DNA from: Rhodosorus marinus CCMP1338
Taxonomy: Eukaryota; Plantae; Rhodophyta
Length of the DNA: 64,000 nt
Direction of reading: 5' to 3'
Assembly (NCBI GenBank): GCA_029953675.1
Contig: JAMWBK010000013.1
Span: 1,042,936 to 1,106,935 of the forward strand
Positions 37,542 to 49,683 of this stretch are shown in pieces. The translations under genes and the position numbers were made by a program. Numbering within the stretch: the stretch's first letter is position 1; each line of letters opens with the position of its first letter. Under the pieces are notes generated by a model that saw only the letters and a list, made by a program, of their open reading frames with translations, was not told where the DNA came from and ran no database searches.

Positions 37542-39640
37542 TTCCTGGTTGGGCGTATTGTTTGAAGCCCGGTCACACGGACTCGAGTGCGCGATTCGTC
37601 CAATTGGGATGGTTGAAGTAGTCCGGAAACTGGTGGCAAAGTGGTTGGTGAAGCTCCTCGTCCCCGAGTCCCACCGTTTCTTGGGGCACTCGCAGCTAGG
37701 CGTGTCTGTCGGGGTGGATGCGAGTTATTGTCCGTCCTCCTACGCTCAGAAATGGCATACTCCCCGGATTTCGGGTTAGTGTCTGTAGATTTTAGGAACA
37801 CATTCAACCGCGTCTCTCGCCCGGGTGTCATACATGTGGTGCGACAGGTCTTCCCTGTAGTATTTCCCGTTGCTAGCCGTATTTACTCTTCGCATGGTGA
37901 TCTGGAAGTTAATCACTGCAAATCCTTCTACTCGAGCGGTGCAGATGCCCACGCGCAGCAGGTTCCGGCGTCGTTCAAAGATATTTCGAGACGGGAAGGT
38001 TTTGTCCATTTGGGCATCCCGTACGGGTCGCCGTCCTTTGTTGAAGGCGAGTTGGTGACGCTATCTGGTAAGCACAGACAGCTGGTCTCGCAGCTCCGTC
38101 GGTTGCCTCTTGGCTTCTTGAGTTCTCGTTGTTGCTTTATCGATATCGTTGGAGTCAGCGGCTCATCTACTGGTTCCGCTCGCTCCCGACTCAATGGGTC
38201 CGGTGACTGGCCACCCGTACGACGACGAGAGCTTTGGTGAGCAGGGATAATTCTTAGATGAGGAGCTAGGTCACATTTCGCGCCCCACCCATGCTGTTGT
38301 TCGTGCCCAAGTAGGTCTCCCCCTCCGTTTGGGCGGTCTAGGCCTCTGTACCCGTGCTGTAAACCAACCAGCGGCCGTGGTCGGGTGGTGGGGCGCCGCC
38401 CTCCCCACGTTGAGCACGCTTGGGGGTGTCAACTTTCCGGAAGTTGGAGGTCGGTCTTTTTAGTGATGATCTACACTCTAGTGTCCCTGACAGTGCCCGT
38501 GGTTTGTTCCTCGAGCTCCAATCGGCGATGTTATTCTGCACCAGCCTCCCTGCCGACCTGCAGCCCCGCCTGGGTGGCTGGCGAGCTGTTTTTGCTCGTG
38601 TTGACGGCCCCTCGCCGCGACCAGCTGCCGGTCCTGTGCCTGCGGCGCTTGATCCTGTGATTGCTGGGGAAACTGAGGTCCCTCGTGATCTTCCTGATGA
38701 TGGACCGGGTTCTGGGAGTCGCGTTTCCGCACGCACGGATGGGTGCAAAACACGCTTTCTTGGGACTTGCACCGTGCTGCCTACAGCCGACTTCTCGCAC
38801 AGATGGTCTCATCTTCCCGAGATTCCGCCCGCCTGCGTAGTCTTGGAGGTGTACTAGCTCTCAGTGGCTCATGACCGTCCCTGCTTTTCCGCCACTCCCA
38901 AATCGCCGATTTCGAAGTGCGCACTTCCCTGCGCTTATATCTCGGCTTGCATTAGCCGCCATGGCCTTCCGAGATGGGTTCTTCGTGCCCTCTATGCTCT
39001 CAGAACGAAGACGCCGCGGATTTTGGCGCCCACCTGGTCGCCAGCTAGCTGCTGTGCAAGGCGACCGAACCCGACGACATGCGCGGATCTTGAACCTGTT
39101 ATACCGCGAACTTCGGCCTATCGTACGGCAAGCCGGTCTTGAAATTGAACCTGAGAAGTCCCTGCCTGTCGCGGACTACCAAAATGATGAACGCCGAGTG
39201 GCTGATTTCGCGGTCACCTGTGCTGATAGCCGCCGTACGACGAACGTTCATCTTGCAGTTCCTAATCCTCAGGCTAGTCGTTATTTGCCGGCTGCGGGAG
39301 AGCGCCGTGGATTTGCCAATGCCAGTATGAGTGGTAGGAAAGAGTTGAAATATGCGGAGGCGATGTTTTCCCAGGCATTCGCGCTTTCCCTCAACAAGCT
39401 CATCGCCTAGTAACTCTGGTCATCGAGTGCTTTGGGTTTCTTTATTCCGTTGGTTCTCGTTGGCTTGGGGAATTGTTCGAACACTCTGACCGTCTCTCGT
39501 CGTTCTTTACCCGTTTATGTTTCTTGCTGTGGCGTATGGACGCTGCTTTGATGTTAGAGGCGTGCGAGCTTCGCCGCGAGCAGTCTTTTTTTTCCCCTCG
39601 AGGTTTTTTCTTTCAATCTCCGTTTAAAAGATTTCATTCA
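37542..39640 (+). mobile_element. Degenerate family C-type element, RT core deleted, REL and 3' end present
   Basis: RPIGMVEVVRKL, VDFRNTFNRVSR, LGIPYG, LPLRLGGLG, VADFAV...VPNPQASRYLP, then a C-type 3' UTR ending ATTTCATTCA. The QGD/DD motifs are absent. Confidence 0.85.
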
Positions 39641-39827
39641 GTTTGACATCGCGCTCCCAGCGTCGCCCTCAAGAACGTCAGCTCCAGCAGATCGGCTTGA
39701 AATCCACGGTCAGCAGTAGGTTAAATGGCTTTACATGTTTTCTAACAACAGCACTAACTTAGACTTAAGTGTGCTAACGCAAGGCATAGTATAGGCCAGG
39801 AACGAGGCAATTCTGCATCTGTGTCTC

Positions 39828-40437
39828 TCACAGTCTGGGGTTACACACGACAAAAAGCTCACATACGGCAATGTCAGGTCCCTTGGCGACTCTGCGAGTG
39901 CAGTCATCTTCGACGTTCAACTCTGCTCTCAACTGTTCGCCATCTGCTTCCTTGACGATGGCGTGGGCAATGAGAAACAGAGGGGCAGCTTGACAACATC
40001 CCGCGTCGTCCGCCTCTATCTCGTTCTCACAGATAACTAAGCTCAACTTGTTCACAGGGGTGCCACTCGGAAGGCCCTTTTTCGTCAGGAACTTCTCAAC
40101 GTTCCTCCGGTTCGGGTATTCCACAGGTTCAGGGATGAACTCCTCCTTCGTGAAGATTCCCCCTCTGATGCTCACCAACGAGTACCTCTCCTCGACCCGG
40201 AATGTCATCCGAAAGCACGTTTTTGAAGCACGTTTTTGAAACGGTTCCCGGATCTCTTGAAACGACAACATCGCCAGCCGATGCAGAGACACCGGCGATA
40301 ATGAGCTTGCCAACGCGTTCCTCCACCAGGTCAATGTATAGACCGTTCGCAGCGGAAACATCTTCGCATGTCTGGAATTCTGCGGATACCACACACAGCA
40401 ACGCCACCGCACAACAATACCATGCCACCGATTTCAT
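39828..40437 (-). pseudogene. Secreted Cys-rich protein, paralog of the 51624-55234 gene, frameshifted
   Basis: Signal peptide MKSVAWYCCAVALLCVVSA. A 13-bp tandem duplication (40214-40226 / 40227-40239) splits the ORF; removing one copy joins ORFs 40129-40437 and 39828-40412 as ...GTVSKTCFRMTF.... Confidence 0.8.
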
Positions 40438-40749
40438 CTCTTCAAAAAGTTCTCACGGAAAAAAGGGGGCAGAATAGGGCCAACTGATCGATAAAACTGA
40501 TAAATACCCGGCAAGAGGACAAGCAAGTGTCAAAATCCTCACTCCCGCCTTAAGAGATGCATTTCCCTTCCTCCTCCCCTCCCCCACCCACACCGTTGTC
40601 GACGCCAAGTAGCTCTCTCGGGAGTTTATACTTCATCAGCACGATCCTTTACTAGGATTTTAGAGCGATGAAACCCGTTGACGCCTAGCTGAAGGAGCTC
40701 ATGTCCAACGGTTTTTCGGCTTCAGTTTTTGCTTTTTCTTTCTAGATAA

Positions 40750-42130
40750 AACTGGGGAACGCTCTTGGATGAGCCCCTCGATCTTGAAGCTGCTCCGACA
40801 GGGACTTTATTCGTGCACAGATCGCTCTACCGTTGCGATTAGGGGGATTCGGCGTCGCAGACCGTGGGCTGCTATGCTCGCCAGCGGCGGTTGCCTCCTG
40901 GGCTACCGCGCTGCGAACGTTGGTGACCTTCCAGACGCGAAGTGCCTGCCTCTTGGCTCGAGCTTTGACCAACGAGGATCCAGTGACCCTGCCGCCCCCG
41001 CTTTTGACAATTTATGATGGTCTTCAACACGCGTTTAGGAGGTGCAACGCCGTGCCGGACGCAAATCGGTCCCGCTTTCGTTCCTGGAGGGAGCTGTTAT
41101 GGGGACGAGCTGAAGCGATTGAGGATTGTCCCCTCGACCGAGTTCTTGCCGATGACGGAGAGGCTAGCCCCGGGTCCCCTGTTGCAGACTACCCGGGTTT
41201 GAGCCGATTGTGGAGCTCCCGCACTGATGTGATTCAACATAGCCTCACCTGGGTGGGGCCAACACAGTGCCGCTCACACAGTCATGCTCAATTCTCCTCT
41301 CACGCCGCCTACCACTGCCGCTCGTCTCCGCGGCATGGGAGGCCACCTCTCGCACTTGTGGTTAACCACTCTACCGTCGTCATTGAGTCATCGTCTCGAT
41401 GCTTTCCAGTTCCGTTCTGCCGCACGGATCTATCTCGGTTTGCCACAGGCTCCGTGGCACTCTAATCGGCCGTCTTTCTGTCAGGGATGTGAGAGCCGGA
41501 TTGACGCTTGTGGCTACCACTTCCTGGGTTCCTGCGGACTGTTGCGAGGTCTCCGTACGAGGCGTCACACTCGCCTCAAGTACATCCTCAGCGAATTTTT
41601 GACTCGAATAGGGCATACGGTTGAGGTTGAGTCGGAACTGCCCAGATCCATCTCGGACTCTGCACCGCCCCGTTGTATAGCCGATCTCCTCGTCTCTGAC
41701 GCTGCTGCCAGACGCTCAACATATGTGGACCTTGCGATTACCTGCCCCGTGGCCAGCGCCCACCTCACCGCAGCCGCCCGCCGCCGGGGGGCCGCGGCTT
41801 CAGCCCTTCGAAGAGTTAAGGAACGACGGTATGCTGAGAGCATGGCCAGTCTGCCTTGCGCTGAGGGTCGCTCTCACCGGTTCCAGCCATTCATTGTGGA
41901 AAGCTTTGGTCACGTGGATAAGTCGGGTTTAGAGTGGTTGCGGAAATGTTTTGCTGAGCATCCTACTGAATATTTGGCGCTCTTGAGGCGTTTAAGTGTC
42001 TCCCTTTGGCGATATTCCAGCGACATGCTGTCCGAGGCGCGCCATCGGCGCCTGGGGTTGCATACTTCCCTCCCTAGTTATTAGTTCATCTTCACGCCTT
42101 GCGTAGCGCTTCAGGCTATGCTAGTAAAGT
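40750..42130 (+). mobile_element. Family B copy 1, 5'-truncated
   Basis: Near-identical to about 45455-46830; a 4-nt duplication near 41250 causes a frameshift. Confidence 0.92.
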
Positions 42131-42139
42131 CCTATCATT

Positions 42140-42712
42140 CAAGTACATCCTCAGCGAATCTTTGACTCGGATAGGGCATACGGTTGAGGTTGAGTCGGAA
42201 CTGCCCAGATCCATCTCGGACTCTGCACCGCCCCGTTGTATAGCCGATCTCCTCGTCTCCGAAACTGCTGCCAGACGCTCAACATATGTGGACCTTGCGA
42301 TTACCTGCCCCGTGGCCAGCGCCAACCTCACCGCAGCCGCCCGCCGCCGGGGGGCCGCGGCTTCAGCCCTTCGAAGAGTTAAGGAACGACGGTATGCTGA
42401 GAGCATGGCCAGTCTGCCTTGCGCTGAGGGTCGCTCTCACCGGTTCCAGCCATTCATTGTGGAAAGCTTTGGTCACGTCGATAAGTCGGGTTTAGAGTGG
42501 TTGCGGAAATGTTTTGCTGAGCATCCTACTGAATATTTGGCGCTCTTGAGGCGTTTAAGTGTCTCCCTTTGGCGATATTCCAGCGACATGCTTTCCGAGG
42601 CGCGCCATCGGCGCCTGGGGTTGCATGCTTCCCTCCCTAGTTAAACCATTCGTTCGTTCGAGTTATTAGTTCATCTTCACGCCTTGCGTAGCGCTTCAGG
42701 CTATGCTAGTAA
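42140..42712 (+). mobile_element. Family B copy 2, 5'-truncated (REL domain and 3' end)
   Basis: Near-identical to about 46280-46830. Confidence 0.92.
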
Positions 42713-45700
42713 AGGTGGTGGTGACTGTGCGGCAACCGGTGTGGAGGAGACTGCAGCTGTGGATTTCCCTCTCTTGGACCAGCCCTCAGGTGGTCACCAG
42801 CTCCCGGCTACTTCGGGGGCACGTGGTGGCCGCAAGGGGGGCGCTTCGAACGCATCAGTCTTGCGGAAGGGCACCACTGCCACACGTACGGCGGCTATGC
42901 TCCGTTTCATACCATCTCGCGAGCCTCAGGATGGACCTGTGGAGACCACTCTCCAATTTCTGTGGGTGCGAAATGTCCGGCCCCAGACTACACGAGGACA
43001 GGTTCCGTCTATGCGAGACTTCCGGGACACTTTTGCGGAATCGTTAGGGTGCAGCAGGGGTGATTTCTTCTTCGCAAACTATGAGGGCCGCGATGTGCTG
43101 TTTTTGGTCTCCGCAACCGCCGCCAAGTACCTGGAGGCCTTGCTGGCGAAGCCTACCGAGCAGTGGCCTGAGAGCGCCCGGTGGCTGCGCTGCAACCCGC
43201 AGGTGGTTTTGCACTTCGATTTTGACCGTTTCTCGGGCAATTTCCTGTCTCCGGGAGAAACGGCAGGGCTCTCTGAGCATGAGAGCAGCGTGAAGGCGGC
43301 AGCGATCCATTGGCTACGGATTCAGCGCCTTGAGAGGATCTTGTTGGCGCGGTTCCGGTCGGGCCCTCGTCACCTGCGCATGGCGGTTTCCAGTTTCTTC
43401 GATCTGGAGAGGCGACTTGTGCTGACTTCGCGCTACAAGACAGAGCTGCAGCGGGTGGGGATTTTGGAGGGCTCTGCTTCCAGCACTACTTCCAGCGAGA
43501 GTGGTGAGGCAGGGGAGCAGACTGAGGGCATGGCGGTGGAGGACGCCCAGGTTACTTTGCTGAAGCCCGCGGGATCCGTTCCGCGAGCCTCGCGGAGTGG
43601 GAGGCTCACGACTTTGGTGCGGATAGGAGGTAAGAGAGCGAGGACCGACTCCCCCGGGTCTAAGGGGGAGAAGCACGATTAGCGCCCAGGCACGGCTGCG
43701 AGGTCGCAGCCTATGGATCTACAGTCTTATGTCCTGAAGGAGGGCGGAGACTGGGGCATTTGGCGTACGCGTTTTCGGAGTTGGCTCCGGCGGTGGATTT
43801 CTTTGGAAGGAGGCTCGCTTCCCCTCCGTGGGGGCATTCCCCCAGTCGTCCTTCCTCGTGGAGACCTTCTGGTAGCTGGAACCATTCTCGATTTCATCTT
43901 CACGAGCCTGGCTCGCAACATTCGGGACACAGTCATTTGGGTTTTTCTGGGGGTCATGCCGCGCATGATTCTGGCCCCCATTCACACATCGGAGCGCAGA
44001 TGGCGAGTACGAGACCGACTGGCCCTGTTCTTGAAGGGAGACTTCGAAGTACTACAGCGCAGCTATTTGGCGTCGTCAGCACCATCCGCCCGTCGGACTC
44101 GGCATGGCACAGTGTCGCCCGTGCCAGCTCGAGTACAGAAATTGGTAGCAGTGGGCGATTTAAGTCGAGCGGCGCGGGTTTTGGAGGAGCCAGGCGCCTG
44201 TCCTCCCCTACGATGATAGTCTCGCCCAGACGGTGTCGTCTTTGTTCCCTGAGTCCGACGTGGATTTGTCCCCTGAATTCGAGGTATTCTTGGACCGTCC
44301 GGAGTTGGCCAGGTTTCGCATCGATCTGACGCTCAGTGAGTCTGACCTGGAGGATTTGCTTCGTACCTCGCGTCGGGGACGCTGTCCTGGACCCTCCGGA
44401 CTAAGAACAGAGCTATTGCAGGCCCTGAGCCAGCCTGGCCAGAGCGCGCTTCTGAGGATCCTTAACAAGTTGTTCCAGGGCGTATCGGGTGCGTCCGCGC
44501 CATGGGAACATCTCCGGCAGGCACAGCTTTGCTTGCTCACGAAACCTGACCACCAGCCGGCCCACCCGCGTCTCCGGCCGATCGGGATGGTGGAGAGCCT
44601 ACGGAAGTTAGCCGGGAGGTGGCTATGCCAGCGCCTTCGCCAGCGCGTCACAGCTTTTATGGCGCCCTTGCAAGTAGGGGTGGGATTTTCTGGGGGTTGC
44701 GAACTGATCACCCATGGGATCGAGCTAGAACGCGCCAGTAGGCCGGAGTGGGGAGTCTTGGTGGTTGATTTCCGGAACGCATTCAACAGCGTGTCGCGGA
44801 CGCATGCGCTAGAGGTGCTCCGACGTGTGTTTCCGGAGGCGTGGCCGTTTCTATCGGGTATTTACGGAGGGGAGAGCCTCCCCTACTTGACAACGGAGGG
44901 CACTGTTTTTCAAGCACATACTGGCGTCCAACAAGGCGACCCTTGCGGACCTCTTCTTCATGCCTGTGCCCTACAGCTCGTACTTTTACGTCTTTCGACT
45001 GAGGTCTCGGATCTTCGAATCTGCGCGTACCACGATGACGTAACATTGCTGGGCACCCCTGACACCCTGGCTAGGGGACTGACCGCGATCGAAGCGATTG
45101 CACGTCGCGTCGGTTTGACTGTGGAAACAGAAAAATGTCGCTTTCTCCCCCCGAGGGACGTGTCGCTGAACTCTCTGCCACCCACTCTGCGACTAATCAG
45201 CGAACGTGAAGGGTTCGAACACCACGGCGTCGGATTGGGGACTGACAACTTTGTCCAAGCATCCTGCGAGCGAGTTTTGGCACGGCACAAGCAACTCACC
45301 GACGCCATTGAGCACCTACCCGACAGCATGCTGCAATCGGCCTGCTTGCTTTCCCGCTTTTGTGCCGGTCCCAGACTCAACTACTGGTTGCGCAGCCTGC
45401 CTCCAGCTTGGGGCTCGTGGATCGCGGCTAAAGCCGACGAAATGACCCTGCAACACTGGGGAACGCTCTTGGATGAGCCCCTCGATCTTGAAGCTGCTCC
45501 CGACAGGGACTTTATTCGTGCACAGATCGCTCTACCGTTGCGATTAGGGGGATTCGGCGTCGCAGACCGTGGGCTGGTATGCTCGCCAGCGGCGGTTGCC
45601 TCCTGGGCTACCGCGCTGCGAACGTTGGTGACCTTCCGGATGCGAAGTGCCTGCCTCTTGGCTCGAGCTTTGACCAACGAGGATCCAGTGACCCTGCCGC

Positions 45701-46855
45701 CCCCGCTTTTGACAATTTATGATGGTCTTCAACACGCGTTCAGGAGGTGCAACGCCGTGCCGGACGCAAATCGGTCCCGCTTTCGTTCCTGGAGGGAGCT
45801 GTTATGGGGACGAGCTGAAGCGATTGAGGATTGTCCCCTCGACCGAGTTCTTGCCGATGACGGAGAGGCTAGCCCCGGGTCCCCTGTTGCAGACTACCCG
45901 GGTTTGAGCCGATTGTGGAGCTCCCGCACTGATGTGATTCAACATAGCCTCACCTGGGGCCAACACAGTGCCGCTCACACAGTCATGCTCAATTCTCCTC
46001 TCACGCCGCCTACCACTGCCGCTCGTCTCCGCGGCATGGGAGGCCACCTCTCGCACTTGTGGTTAACCACTCTACCGTCGTCATTGAGTCATCGTCTCGA
46101 TGCTTTCCAGTTCCGTTCTGCCGCACGCATCTATCTCGGTTTGCCACAGGCTCCGTGGCACTCTAATCGGCCGTCTTTCTGTCAGGGATGTGAGAGCCGG
46201 ATTGACGCTTGTGGCTACCACTTCCTGGGTTCCTGCGGACTGTTGCGAGGTCTCCGTACGAGGCGTCACACTCGCCTCAAGTACATCCTCAGCGAATTTT
46301 TGACTCGGATAGGGCATACGGTTGAGGTTGAGTCGGAACTGCCCAGATCCATCTCGGACTCTGCACTGCCCCGTTGTATAGCCGATCTCCTCGTCTCCGA
46401 CGCTGCTGCCAGACGCTCAACATATGTGGACCTTGCGATTACCTGCCCCGTGGCCAGCGCCCACCTCACCGCAGCCGCCCGCCGCCGGGGGGCCGCGGCT
46501 TCAGCCCTTCGAAGAGTTAAGGAACGACGGTATGCTGAGAGCATGGCCAGTCTGCCTTGCGCTGAGGGTCGCTCTCACCGGTTCCAGCCATTCATTGTGG
46601 AAAGCTTTGGTCACGTGGATAAGTCGGGTTTAGAGTGGTTGCGGAAATGTTTTGCTGAGCATCCTACTGAATATTTGGCGCTCTTGAGGCGTTTAAGTGT
46701 CTCCCTTTGGCGATATTCCAGCGACATGCTTTCCGAGGCGCGCCATCGGCGCCTGGGGTTGCATGCTTCCCTCCCTAGTTATTAGTTCATCTTCACGCCT
46801 TGCGTAGCGCTTCAGGCTATGCTAGTAAAGTCCAGTAAAGTCCAGTAAAGTCCAG
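42713..46855 (+). mobile_element. Family B copy 3, two-ORF REL non-LTR retrotransposon, near intact
   Basis: ORF1 to 43682; ORF2 43713-46785 with one frameshift near 44205. The 3' end is followed by reiterated TAAAGTCCAG. Confidence 0.95.
43713..46785 (+). CDS. Family B ORF2 polyprotein: RT, CCHC, restriction-like endonuclease
   Basis: RCPGPSG, RPIGMVE, LVVDFRNAFNSVSR, GVQQGDPCG, CAYHDD, RFCAGPRLNYWLR, CQGC-x8-H-x4-C, IADLLV, YVDLAIT, KERRY, IVESFG. The 850-aa ORF 44233-46785 is open. Confidence 0.93.
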
Positions 46856-47153
46856 ATAAATGAAACATTCTTAATGTTGTGGTTGTGTTCCAAAAGGTTT
46901 GCAAGCCACAAGATTCCAAGGGAAACATGGAAAACGCAGTTAAAATTATTTGAGCCAATTGAGAAAATCGCAAGAGATTGAAAATATATGAAGTCATAGC
47001 TGGGCATATTATTTAGGAAAAGAAGATCATAGATATTGCAAATATAACTATCAAACAGTATACTGTAAGCATAAATTGTAATAAATTCATCGCCTTGTCT
47101 TAGAAACGTTTCTCTCTCTAGAGGGGTAGGTGATGAAGGCTCGCGCTAGCCTA

Positions 47154-47605
47154 GCTGAATGAATGGTTTAATCGGAGGCTGAAAAAAAAACCCCGAGGGG
47201 AAAAAAAGACTAAGCGCGGCGAAGTACTCGCGCCTCCAACATCAAAGCGGCATTCATGCGCCACAGCAGGAAACTTAAGCGGGTAAACAACGATTGAAGA
47301 CGGTCAGGGCGTTCGCGGAACAACGCGCGGCAGGGGTACCAAGCGCTAGCTAGCCTAGCTAGCGCTTGGTACCCCTGATCATTGAGTGCTTTGGGTTCAT
47401 GGACTCTGTTGGTTCTCGCTGGCTTCGGGAGTTGTTCCGCGAACGCCCTGACCGTCTTCAATCGTTGTTTACCCGCTTAAGTTTCCTGCTGTGGCGCATG
47501 AATGCCGCTTTGATGTTGGAGGCGCGAGTACTTCGCCGCGCTTAGTCTTTTTTTCCCCTCGGGTTTTTTTTTTTTTTCAGCCTCCGATTAAACCATTCAT
47601 TCAGC
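47154..47605. repeat. Fold-back of two family C 3' ends with a central palindrome
   Basis: Arms 47154-47324 and 47431-47605 are reverse complements apart from homopolymer length. 47331-47377 is a 23-bp perfect inverted repeat with a 1-nt spacer. Confidence 0.93.
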
Positions 47606-48001
47606 CTAGCGAAGCGAGAGAAGCACTGTTGGACAAATTCATTCATTAAATGAATTTATTTAGTCGCTCATCGGAGCCTATTTGCGAAGAACAAATTGTA
47701 GAATTACGTAGCTTGTAGTTAATGACCGGATGTAGTTTTTTTTTGGGTCGGGGGGGAGGGGGGGAGGGTAGGTGGTTTTAACCACATCCCAGGTAATTCA
47801 GGATTCTCTATCGACTTTTACGTAGTCTCTGATTGGCTGGATCCTCTTCTCCCAACGGTTTTTGCTCTCTCCGACCCCCATCGATGGAATGCTTCCAAAA
47901 CCATTCGTTTGTATCATTCGAACGAATGGTTTAATCATTAGTGAAACAGTAAAGTCCAGTCCAGTGAAACCACCATTCATTCGGCGACGGTTAGTCTGGG
48001 T

Positions 48002-49683
48002 TCACTTGCACTCCAGGAATCTCATGGTTGACCACGGTAGTCAGTGTTCGCCCGTACACAGTGCACTTGCCGAGTTGCAGGCGTGCTCCGAGAGAGGGGA
48101 GCACAGTTTTTGCCCATGCCAGGGATGCCTTCAAGGCTTGTAGCGACCCGACAATCCTGATATCGTCGTGGATAGCAACAATCGTTTCGTTGGGGAACTT
48201 GGCTCCCAACGCTCTTAGAAAGGGCGCCAGGGATAGTGCATGTAGCACCGGCCCCAGTGGATCTTCCTGTTGGACTCCTGTAGCTGCTTGGAGGGTCAGG
48301 CGAGAGGTGTCGGTTTCGTTCTGTCCAGGGGAAGATCGCCAGCCACAGAGCGTCGGTGAGTCCGCGTTGTCGCTTCCATAGCCAAGTCTATACACTGGTG
48401 CAAGCTCCGGGAAGTGCTCGTCCACCAGTTGCTTGGCAAGGCGTCGGTCGATGCGATTGAAGGCATTCTCCAGGTCTAGCCGAAGGACCACCGAATCGGG
48501 TTCGCATGACAAACGGGCCTGGATCACGTGAAGTGAGCGTTCGCACCCGCCACTTCCTCCAATACCCAGTTGTAAGGGCACCAGGAGCTCACGCACCCTG
48601 TCCAGAACCGCGTGAAGAGTCCATTGCGTTGCTACCTTGCGCAAAACTTCTGGTACTCCGATAGGGCGAACTCCGGGATGTTCATGCGGCACTGAACCCT
48701 TGTTAGGCTTCGCGAACGGCAGGAGTCGACTGCTGCGAAGGGCGCGGGTCAGAGCCGGGGAAAATTTCTCCGGAGCGGTCGCCAGTTGTCGCAATACACG
48801 AATCAACGCCGCTTGCGTCTGTTGAGTTGCACCTTGGAGGTGTTCCGCTGGGAGACCGCTAGGGCCTGGGCTCTTGCCCTGAGGAAGACGTGCCACGATC
48901 GACATGAGGCCCTCGTCGGCCGCTTTTCTTGAATCCCACCGCCGCTTAAGTGTTTCGGTGTTCAGGGCCAGCAAAGATTCCAGGGCTTGTGCAATCTCGT
49001 CTGGTAAGTCACCTTCCGCCGGGTCGGGAAAGAGCGCTTGTATTTGTCTCCACGTAGCCGCGGTAAAAGGTGCCATTTCGGTGGCCTGTAGGCTCCGAGC
49101 TGCATCTGAAAGGCGGCCAAGGTGTGCTAGTTTCAACGCTCGCTTGTGGCGCCCAAGATGTTGGCGTCGAACCGCTTCAGCTCCTTGCGGTGCGGTAGTA
49201 TGCGACAGCATAGACGCCTTGTCCTCTAGAGCGCTCCAGACCGTAGAGAATTCTCCTTCAAGCACATGCGATACCTGAATGCCAACATCAAGTGCAGAGT
49301 GTCCAAGGACAAGGCCTGGAAGTCCGACAAGAAGCAGGCTGGCGTTTGTTGGTGCGGTGCTGTCCATAGAGAGCTCTAATGCAGCTCGGAAGAGGCAGCT
49401 CCATGTATGGACCTGGCCGCGTGGCACAAATTGCCGTGTGGGAACAGGGCAGTGTGTAAGGCGCGTCCACTGCCTGCCTCCTTCCGTGACGTCGTCGACG
49501 AAGACGCTCCACCGTCTGATCCAGTCTTGACGATCCGAGAAGAACAGAGGCTCGTCGCGGCGTCGTTTGATTCCCCTACGTCTGCTCGGCATTATTGCGC
49601 TGGGTTTTCCTGGCTCTCCTGCGTGTCCATTGCGTGATGGTTGCCGTCAAGGGCAACCTGTGTCACAGTGGTATCCTGTGGAG
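48002..49683 (-). mobile_element. Inverted 5' segment of a family A copy
   Basis: 533-aa minus-strand ORF 47991-49592 is near-identical to 33855-35450. The left junction is a telomere repeat (47989-48002). Confidence 0.93.

Noticed and set aside
37308-37565. Cys/Lys-rich metallothionein-like ORF
   Set aside because: It is only the translation of the 9-bp repeat, with a non-ATG start, between two elements.
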